This document shows, one piece after another, positions 38,401 to 47,759 of a DNA stretch of 64,000 nucleotides. The stretch lies in assembly GCA_965178125.1 (NCBI GenBank), contig OZ237771.1:248001-312000 (forward strand), read 5' to 3'. Below the pieces are notes generated by a model that had not been told where the DNA came from, did no database searches, and saw only the letters and a list, made by a program, of their open reading frames with translations. How positions within the stretch are numbered: the stretch's first letter is position 1; each line of letters starts with the position of its first letter. The DNA is from Bilabrum cf. latius. Lineage: Eukaryota. A program made the position numbers and the translations under genes.

Positions 38401-40853
38401 CTGACAGAGTTGGTATCAACAAGCGACAGATGCGGGGATTCGCAGAGGGGCTCGTGAATCTGGGTCACCGCGTCTTCTCTGTCAATCTGCAGCGCCCATT
38501 CACGACGGACCTGATCGCAGGCGCCGCTGCCTGCAACTCGGCGGGGCAGATCATGCCGCTGTGGGGCGAAGTGACGGTGTTTGAAGCACTTCGGCCGTAC
38601 TTCGACTATCTCCGTGAATCAGTGGAGCTCGGGAGCTCCCAGCTTTCGCAGCCGTACATTGACTCCTCCGGTCTTGGCCTCATCATGACGGCCTCTGCAC
38701 CGGTGTACGTGAACGGTGACTTCCAAGGCATCGTGGGAATCGATGCCACCCTGCAGGAGGTTGAGAACGCGCTGATCAGCCAGAAGTGGGGAACAGTGTA
38801 CGCCTTTTTAATCAACGGTGAGGGGCGGGCGATCGTGCACCCACTGTTGCGACCATCCGATGAGCTGACGTCAGACCCGATCTACCCAGATGTGGCCGAG
38901 CTGGAGGCCGTGGAAGGGACGCCCCAATTCGACGCCTTTATGACCCAGGTGCGCGCGCCAATGATCGCCGGAACCACTGGACAGGCCTCGTTGATCAACA
39001 TGAGGAGGCGCCTGCCGAAAGGCGACAAGCTCGACGGTGAAACCGTGGCCGTCCGCAACCAGACGTACTACTTTAGCAACATTCCGGGGACGGAGTTTTC
39101 CTTTGCGTACGTGTTCCAGACAGGCCTCGACGACGATTTCCGGGTACCAACAGAGACGGGCCCTGGTAACATTGCCAAGCTAGACGCAGCTGGCGACGAT
39201 TTTTACCACCGGCTAGACAAGTACACGGCAACTGACTCAGGAATCCCGCAGTCCCGATTGACGGATCTCGGCGCCGAAACCCGGCCATCCAACGACCGTC
39301 TCTACCCCGGTCTCGAGATCAGCACTCGTCACTCCACCTACAAGCTGGCCCCATCTGCGTTCTGCCAGGCCGAGGAGTACATCCTGGACACGAGTGCCGA
39401 CGGGTCCTTCGGATTTATCGACGGGTTCATGCGAGCGGACTACACGAACTCAACGGGAACGTACCCTAACCCGGGCTGCGATCTGGCGAACTCGACCGTG
39501 GTGATCCAGACGGGGGGCTCTGAGCCGGCGAGCGAGACGTTCCGCACCCAGCTGCAGGTCAGGCCCGACGTGGAGCTGACTCACGCCGTTGATCCAGCAT
39601 GGGTGGCCACTGCGAGCGGCGAGGGCGCCGCCACTGACGTGGTGTGGAGGTACACGTCCACCGTGCAGGGCGTGTTCCGCATCTACCCAGGCACGCGCAT
39701 GCCGCACCGGTTCAATCCAACGACCCGACCGTGGTTCCAGCGAGGCCTGTCGAGCAAAGGCAGGCTCGCCCTTACCACACCCTACCTCGACGCTGCGTCT
39801 GCCCAGCGGATCAGCACGATCGCGTCCCCTGTTTTCGCAGGGAGGGGCACGACCGACCTCGAGGCATGCTCGAGCGGTGCAAGCTGCGAATCCGGGTACT
39901 GCTACGACGGTTACTGCGCCACCACGCAGATCGAAGGCGTGGCGGGGATCGATTTCCTGTACGAGGACCTGCAGTCATCGCTGGCGACTTCCATGGGTGA
40001 CTGGGCAAGGCAGTCCCAGCTCGAGTCACGGGGCTGTTTCCGGAGCTATGACTGTCCCAGCGGCTGGTTGGACGGTGCCACGAGCTGCGAAACTCAGTGC
40101 TTCCTCGTTGACAGCGCTGGCCTCCTCCAGATGGACCCTCTCTTCGTTGAGGTGCAGGCAGCCGCGGAGGCCGAGTACTCCAGCGTGAGCTTGGGCGAGA
40201 GGGCCGGGCCGGTCATGCTGGACTTGCTGCGGCGCGGGTTTGCCAGCCGGGTGGATGCGATCGACTATCAGGGAACATGTACCGTGACGAGAGAGGAGGA
40301 GCGAGTGCCGGTGACGCTGGAGGGTCTATCCAAGTCTGCGGCAGAGGCAGATGCGTTTGCGCGGACCAGGGGCGATTTCGCGCCGTATGACAACACCTTC
40401 GGCTGCGTGCAAAAAGTGAGGTACATGCAGGTGCATCGTGATGCAGTGGACGCCGAGACTGACGGCGTGGTACGCGGCGACGTCCGGACCAGCTGCTACC
40501 GCGGGGAGTACTATTTCGTACCTCTGGAGGGCGTCGATTCATTCCTCCTCGTGGTGGAGAATGCCGCTGAGGCCAAGCCGGTCTTCCCGCTGGCATGCCA
40601 CGTGGATAATCATATCGCGGTGGCGAGGCAGACGGGCATCGTGAATCAGACCTGCGCAGACGAGGGCGACCAGGTCAGCTCTACGCAGAGCAACAGCTTC
40701 AATCCCACGTGCCCTGCCGGTACTTCGTACTCCATGCAGTGCCAGTACTCGGGTGACGGAGCGAGTCGGGGTGCAGGGGCGGTGTCGGTCGCGCTAGCAT
40801 CGATCTTAGCATTCGGGCTCATGGTCTTCGCGGGAACCCATCAGGATCCATGA
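35465..40853 (+). CDS. Secretory protein: 2 folate-receptor-like Cys-rich domains followed by a VWA + Cache (alpha2delta/CACHD1-like) module and a GPI-like tail; 1 intron, 1 TAG
   Basis: Signal peptide MFVLVVLASLAGLAWA; CC...C..C.PCS...C...C...F..C pattern twice; YNPLTRPWY, KDVVILLDCTRSM, PYIDSSGLGLIMTASAPV and FNPTTRPWF. TAG at 35964-35966 lies directly before ATG 35967. Confidence 0.88.
35672..35762 (+). other. GT-AG intron (91 bp)
   Basis: CCG|GTGAGT ... CATCGCAG|CTG gives ASPLKTRDNDC, which aligns with APPQLRGGTPDC in the second domain. Confidence 0.85.
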
Positions 40854-41545
40854 TTGAGACTCCGGGGCTGGGTCTTGTGCGGATGCCCCCCTGGTATATA
40901 TGATTCACTGCAAATATGGCTGGATTGCCTGCGCTCCGGTGTGACGAGCCATTGCGCAACTAGTACTGTTGGCAGAGCGGAGCGCAGAACAACCATGTAT
41001 CGATGTGTCAAGGCTTTAAAGCAACTTACAAAATCCATCATCACATCCGATCTGTAAAGATCTATCCCACTCATAGTTGGATCCGGATGCCGGATCCAGC
41101 GGGCCAGGGTACTCTGGAACACCTGAGACATCGTCATCTCTTGATCGACAGAATTGCCACTCGGGTCCACCAGGAACCCATTCCCGCTGACGAAGCACCT
41201 CTTCGCGATCGCCTCCATGTCTTCAGGATCTTGCTCAGTCTTGCCTGCGCTGATGGCCACCTGATGGCATGCCTTGCGATCCAGCACGATGCTGTACGAA
41301 TGGCGCGGCGACACCTGCATGGCGATGGGTGCCAGCAGCTCGCTCACCCTCCTTGCCCACTGGTCGATGAAGCTGCCCTGCGTGTCCTCGTCCTGCGTGG
41401 CGCTGACGAGCCCTGGCTCGCCCCCTTGCACCACGATCTTGACGTCTCTCACAAGAGAGGCAGTGCGGCTGGATTTGGAGTTGGACCACGAGGCCGAGAG
41501 CTCCACGGCTTGCTTGCCACCGCTGGCCGCGAGGTTGCCCAGCAT
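40841..41545 (-). pseudogene. Truncated/chimeric first copy of array gene M
   Basis: Matches gene M from MLGNL to SQVFQ (~41114), then runs into unrelated sequence and overlaps the 3' end of the upstream gene by 13 bp. Confidence 0.7.
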
Positions 41546-41707
41546 GAGGGCCCGTCGGATGGAGGGGCCGTCTGTGTGGTATGCTAGCGTGTCTATCGTC
41601 CGGTACTCTCGATTGTGCATCGTTAAGTCTCGTTTAAGGCATGATGGCTCTGTCCCCAAAGTTTGAATGCTGGTTGCAACCGGAACGGATGCTTTTGTAC
41701 CAATTGT

Positions 41708-41745
41708 CAAGATGAAGATACCGGTTGATGGACTGGCGAAGCATT
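41708..41745. promoter_or_regulatory. Conserved 38-bp block in the divergent P/M intergenic region (candidate bidirectional promoter element)
   Basis: CAAGATGAAGATACCGGTTGATGGACTGGCGAAGCATT is nearly invariant at 46033, 50401, 54770, 59096 and 63419, while its flanks diverge. Confidence 0.4.
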
Positions 41746-41760
41746 CGATTGAAATCTCAA

Positions 41761-43152
41761 ATGGCAGGTGTGGCTGGCTCTGAGCCTTCCACTGACTTGG
41801 GTAAATGTTCAGATCTCGAAGAGAAAACCGAAGGTCTTGAGCGTCATTTTGAAGCGCCCACCGAAATATCCCTTAGTGCTGCAGATCCTTCTTCGGTTGT
41901 ACTCGGCGACATTGCCTGGAGCACGATCAAAACTCAGGTTGTAGTATTCAGCACATTGGATCATGTGGTCGGCATACCTGCAGGATTTGCGCTTGCGCTA
42001 GTGTACCAGTTTCACATCAGCGAGCTGGAGATTATTTGCGTGGAGACTGGTGCCGTGGCAGCGTCCATTCTGTATGATGAGGAACAGGCTTTGTATTGGG
42101 ACAAGTTCTTGATTCCATCTTCAGGCAAATTCTACCACATGAACGGAGACATTCTTAAGATCGATCTGCATGCCATGACGGCGGTTTGTGCGGTCAGTGG
42201 CAGCAAACTTTCGAGAGGTGTTGGGATTCTCCACCCTGGTGTCGGGCTCTTTGTAAGCCCACGTACGCTACTTGAGATCTACATGATATCACCTGTGTCT
42301 GGAAAGGAGGTCTGCTTTGACCCGTCTGAGATTGAAGCAGTCGTCCCGGATGAGGACGAGCGCACAGCTGGCAAGCCGCTGGTCACCAAGGTGAATAAAA
42401 CATACACTGAGTCACTGATTGGGGTCTCTGTTTTTAAGGAGCAGATTGTCCATTGCGGGCGGTACAGCCAATTTACGGTGCTGCAAGACGGAAGGGTGGC
42501 AGCATGGGCGGACTACGGGGAGTGCTTCGGGGGCTTCACAGTGTGGGACCCTTCCACCAACAAGACCAGGTTTGTCGCTGACAACTTCATTCTGGATGGG
42601 AATCCCAAAGTCGAGGGCGCAGAACGTATAGTTCCCGATGAAGCTGGGTCGCGAGGCACCCTGCAGCAGGTGGGCCCGTCCCTCGTGGCTCTGTTTCTGC
42701 AGCGGCACAAATTCGGTATCGTCATCATCGACGTGGACCGAATGGAGCAGGTGGGGCTGGCGGCGGAAGGAGAGCGCATCCAGCTAGCCGAGGTGGTGCA
42801 AGTAGAAGGTCAAGATCACTGCATGCTGATTGCTGGGACTGTTGCGCCTGGTACTGTGCAGGTGTGGAAGCCTGTGACGGCGAAAGAGGGCTGGTACAAG
42901 AAGCAGCAGGAGGTGGAAATCGGTGAGAAGGTGAAGGGTATCACAGCTCTGCAGGTGGTCCCAGGGGGCAAGCTGCTGGCAGCAGGGCGAGTGGATGGCT
43001 TCGGGCATCGGCCGATCAAGGAGCATCCGATCGTGTGTTTGCAACTGAATGGGGTTGATGTGTCACTCCCTGAGGGTACCGGCAAGGAGGATCGTTCCAC
43101 TGGTGACAGTAAGCTGCTGGCCAAGCTTAAAGAGGGAGGGTACATGAAGTAA
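41761..43152 (+). CDS. Array gene P copy 1: ~463-aa beta-strand-rich, probable beta-propeller protein
   Basis: Intact ORF ending TAA. WD-like strands FTVWD, VQVWK and ITALQVVPGGKLLAAG. Confidence 0.8.
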   Translation: MAGVAGSEPSTDLGKCSDLEEKTEGLERHFEAPTEISLSAADPSSVVLGDIAWSTIKTQVVVFSTLDHVVGIPAGFALALVYQFHISELEIICVETGAVAASILYDEEQALYWDKFLIPSSGKFYHMNGDILKIDLHAMTAVCAVSGSKLSRGVGILHPGVGLFVSPRTLLEIYMISPVSGKEVCFDPSEIEAVVPDEDERTAGKPLVTKVNKTYTESLIGVSVFKEQIVHCGRYSQFTVLQDGRVAAWADYGECFGGFTVWDPSTNKTRFVADNFILDGNPKVEGAERIVPDEAGSRGTLQQVGPSLVALFLQRHKFGIVIIDVDRMEQVGLAAEGERIQLAEVVQVEGQDHCMLIAGTVAPGTVQVWKPVTAKEGWYKKQQEVEIGEKVKGITALQVVPGGKLLAAGRVDGFGHRPIKEHPIVCLQLNGVDVSLPEGTGKEDRSTGDSKLLAKLKEGGYMK

Positions 43153-43394
43153 CTGTTGGCGGCTACCCTGAACATGAATCCGCATTCGTCTGTGTACCAG
43201 TGTCCATGACCACATTGCTAAGGTTTAGCTAATAAGCAAGGTTCGTTTTGTAGATCGGGATACGTGTGTCACACTGAATTCTTGTAGAGATTCTTGAGAC
43301 GAGCAAGGCGCACGGCAGCAAATAGCAAAATCGATCTTCCAAAACAAGTTGTTGTCAAGCTGGCTGTGTAGGCACTGCAGAGACACTGTATGAA

Positions 43395-45875
43395 TCATTG
43401 GCAAGTGCACGTTCCCCCCGCCACAGTGGCACTAGCCAACTGCGACCTGCTGAAGTACTCCCAGTCGTGAGCTGGCACCCCGAGCATGAAGGACCGGCGG
43501 GAAGCGTCGTACCTGGCCTACTCGGCTGCATCCAAGTTCTTGTCGTGTGACCACGTTGCAGTACCTGCCACTCCAGCGCCCGTGTCCTTACCTTCATCAG
43601 CAGCTTTCACGAATGCAACTCGCTTCGCCTCAAGTGCATCGTTTGCTTCCTTGAGAGCATCTTCCCTTGAAGGCAGGTAGGCGTCCAGCCAGTGTGTTTC
43701 GCCGGATTTTGCCATCACCTGCAGGCACATGCGCTGGGTGACATGGGTGTGCCTGCTGTGGAGAGCGTGCGAAATCGGGTAGGGCTCCCTGAGCGACTTC
43801 AGGTGGAACTCATATCCCAAGTCCACTCCCAGCACAGCTCGCATTGCGTAGGTAGTGCTGCTCCTGGTCTCGGTCATGGACTCAAGGTGCGGGTAGATGC
43901 TGCTGCCCTTGGAGCCGCTGTTGCAGGCAGATGGGAATTGCATGAGCAATACAATGGGCTGGAAGTCCACGGGCTTAGCATACAGTGTCCAGGTGCCCGG
44001 CACAGTGGGTCGCTTCCAGACAGGACTGAGTTCAACAGGCGGCTCATCACCGACGGCACCGGTACTCTCTGCTCGAAACACGCTCACGGGCGACATGCGG
44101 TCAACGGAGACCTCGAGAATATGTTCTCCCCGGGCATCCTCAAGACTGCTCTTGATCTGGACGGAGTCCCCGTCCTAATCTCTAAATTGCCACCACAGCG
44201 GTACTCCAGTGTGGGATGTAGTAGCTGGATCATGCAGCTGGCACCTGGATTCACCGCGCCGCATCCCCTCAAGACTGTAGGCATCCAGCTTGAAGGCATT
44301 GCCCAGATCCCGGTGATCGATCCTTCGGTACTGCACTGGGATGCCGCTGTCCAAGTCGTGACGAGTGACAGCCTCTGCTTCAGGTACAGATGCACTATCG
44401 GACTCGCCATCCGGCGTTGCTTCGGTTTGAGAGTACGCCTCTGCCTTCGAGTGCAGCACATCACCTACCACCTCCCGGTACAGCGACCGCTGCTTGCACT
44501 CCTCACTGCCCATCGCATGGACTTTGGACCAGTCCAACTTCATGCTCACCGCGTCAGGGATGGTGATTTCCTCAGGCTCCTAGAACCCTGCCTCCAGTTG
44601 CGAGCAGAACCCAGTCACCACGCAGATGCGACGAACCGGGCACAGCTTCCTCGGCGAACGCTCCCCAGCACCGCCACACGACGGGAGCCAGTGGCCACAG
44701 GCATCGGAAGCCCCACCTCCCTGCCTGTGCTTCTTCGGGCAGTACCCCTGGCTGCCCACGTCCAGCATGGCATGCAGCGCCACCCAGCTGTAGGCCTCCA
44801 TGGGCAGCATGGCACACGTGCGGTCCAGCCTCTCGTCTGCATCCGTCGGTGGCTTGTCTCCGAACATGGCCTCGAAGCTGCTGCACACGGACTCGGAAGG
44901 AGGATCGAATCCCGTCTCTCCTTTCTCCGCGCAGGCGAGACGAGTGGGAGCATCTCCTGGATCACTTGGCGATGCACCTGCAAGAGTCTGCCTGTGCTTT
45001 GGTCCCCCTGTGAGCACATGGTCGGCCATCACGTTCTGGCACACTCGACAGCGATCTGTGACGTGATGGTCGTCCCTGTTCTTCTCAACGGCATCGCTGT
45101 CATCTGTGGCGGGATGCACCGCTGTTGCGTCCTCGTTGGCGATCTTGACCTCCTCGTGATTGATCAGCCGCTTTCGGTTGAAGGCTTCGTAGTCTGCATC
45201 GAGCTGCTCGCAGTCTTGGATCGGCAGGGACCGCACGTCGTCCCATCCGTTGGTTTGGAGGCTGTTGTGCTTCTCGATGAACAGGTTCAGGGTCTCGCAC
45301 GTGTCCTTCGGCAGACCAGCCCTCCCACTCTCCAGCATCGACAGCACGGTCTACGCCGCGTGAGACACAGCGACTATGTCGGAGGCCTTGCTGATCCGCT
45401 CTTCGGTCGCGGCCCAGAGCAGGAACTTCCTGGCTCTGGCGGCCTGGAACACCTGAGACATCGTCATCTCTTCATCGACGGACTTGCCACTCGGGTCCAC
45501 CAGGAACCCATTCCCGCTGACGAAGCACCTCTTCGCGATCGCCTCCATGTCTTCAGGCTTCTGCTCAGTCTTGCCGGCGCTGATGGCCACCTGATGGCAT
45601 GCCTTGCGATCCAGCACGATGCTGTACGAATGGCGCGGCGACACCTGCATGGCGATGGGTGCCAGCAGCTCGCTCACCCTCCTTGCCCACTGGTCGATGA
45701 AGCTGCCCTGCGTGTCCTCGTCCTGCGTGGCGCTGACGAGCCCTGGCTCGCCCCCTTGCACCACGATCTTGACGTCTCTCACAAGAGAGGCAGTGCGGCT
45801 GGATTTGGAGTTGGACCACGAGGCCGAGAGCTCCACGGCTTGCTTGCCACCGCTGGCAGCGAGGTTGCCCAGCAT
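43395..45875 (-). CDS. Array gene M copy A: ~826-aa protein of unknown function with a Cys/His-rich middle region (TAG=Gln)
   Basis: Four same-frame ORF fragments with TAGs at 45351, 44580, 44175 and 43518; TGA at 43395-43397. Confidence 0.75.
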
Positions 45876-46085
45876 GAGGGCCCGTCGGATGGAGGGGCCA
45901 TCTGCGCCCAATGTCCATGTTTATATTGTTCGGTGCTCTCGATACTGTATCGTTAAGTCTCGCCCTATGCGTGAGGGCTTTGTCCCGAAGATGTTTGTGT
46001 TGGTTGCAACCGTGCGTTCTTGGACCAAATATCAAGATGAAGATACCGGTTGATGGACTGGCGAAGCATTTCGACTGAATTCTAG

Positions 46086-47477
46086 ATGGCAGGTGTGGCT
46101 GGCTCTGGGTCTTCCACTGATTTGGTTACGTATGTAGATCTCAAAGACAAAACCGAAGGTCTCGAGCGTCACTTTGAGGCGCCCACCGAAGTATCACTTA
46201 GTACTGCAGATCCTTCTTCGGTTGTTCTCGGTGACATTGCCTGGAGCACGATCAAAACTCAGGTTGTCGTATTCAGCACTTTGGATCATGTGGTCGGCAT
46301 GCCTGCAGGATTTGCGCTTGCGCTAGTCTACCAGTTTCACATCAGCGAGCTGGAGATTATTTGCGTGGAGACTGGTGCCGTGGCAGCCTCTGTTGTTGTC
46401 GATATGGAGTAGCGATTATTTTGGGACAAGTTCTTTATTCCATCTTCAGGCAAATTCTACCACATGAACGGAGACATTCTCTAGATTGATCTGCATGGTA
46501 TGTCTGCTGAGAGTGTGGTGAAAGGCAGTCCCATTTCCAGAGGTGTCGGCATTCTCCACCCTGGTGTCGGGCTATATGTAAGCCCTCGTACGCCACTTTA
46601 GATTTTCATGATATCACCTGTGTCTGGAAAGGAGGTCTGCTTCGACCCGTCCGAGATTGAAGCGGTCGTCCCGGATGAGGACGAGCGCACAGCTGGCAAG
46701 CCGCTGGTCACCAAAGTGAAAAAGACGTACACTGAGTCGCTGATTGGGGTCTCTGTTTTTAAGGAGCAGATTGTCCATTGCGGGCGGTACAGTCATTTCA
46801 CGGTACTGCAGGACGGAAAAGTGGCAGGATGGGCACCGCACGGGGAGTGCTTCGGGGGCTTCACAGTGTGGGACCCTTCCACCAACAAGACCAGGTTCGT
46901 CGCTGACAACTTCATTCTGGGGGGAAATCCGTTGGTGGACGACTGGGGGGAATCAGTAGAAGATGAAGTCGTTACTGAAGGCACCCTGCAGCAGGTGGGC
47001 CCTTCGCTCGTGGCTCTGTTCCTATAGCGGCACAAATTCGGTATCGTCATCATCGACGTGGACCGAATGGAGCAGGTGGGGCTGGCGGCGGAAGGGGAGC
47101 GCATCCAGCTTGCCGAGGTGGTGCAAGTGGAAGGTCAAGATCACTGCATGCTGATTGCCGGGACTGTTGCGCCCGGGTCTGTGCAGGTGTGGAAGCCTGT
47201 GAGCGCGAAAGAGGGCTGGTACAAGAAGCAGCAGGAGGTGGAGATCGGTGAGAAGGTGAAGGGTATCACAGCTCTGCAGGTGGTCCCAGGGGGCAAGCTG
47301 CTGGCGGCAGGGCGAATGCATGGCTTCGGACATCGGCCGATCAAGGAGCACCCTATCGTGTGTTTGCAACTGGATGGAGTCGATGTGTCACTCCCTGAAG
47401 GTACCGGCAAGGAGGATCGTTCCACTGGTGACAGTAAGCTGCTGGCCAAGCTGAAGGACGGAGGGTATATGAAGTAA
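46086..47477 (+). CDS. Array gene P copy 2 (4 in-frame TAG)
   Basis: Collinear with copy 1; TAG at 46410, 46482, 46599 and 47025; TAA stop. Confidence 0.8.
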
Positions 47478-47759
47478 CTGGTAGAGGCTATCCTGAATCG
47501 GCATTCGTCTGTGTACCAGTGTGCATGACCACACTGCTAAGGTTTAGCTAATAAGCAAGATTCGTTTTTCATTTTTTATGGCTATCGGGAATCCGATTCG
47601 GGATACGTGTGTCACACTAGATTTCTATCGAGGTTCTTGAGATGAGCAAGGCGCATGGCAGCATATAAGTTATAACCTTATAAAGCAAAATCCAAATGGA
47701 TCGATCGCCCAAAACAAGCTGACGTCAAGCTGGCTGTGCAGAGACCCAGTATCAACTAC

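Noticed and set aside
41725-41760. Upstream ATG (MDWRSI...) as the start of gene P
   Set aside because: In frame in copies 1-4 but 34 nt upstream (out of frame) in copies 5 and 6; the MAG start is preferred.
43692-45956. 754-aa plus-strand ORF (and similar long ORFs at 16845-18374, 30209-31381, 27512-28615, 57753-59021)
   Set aside because: Antisense shadows of GC-rich minus-strand genes; they are broken in other array copies and have no motifs.
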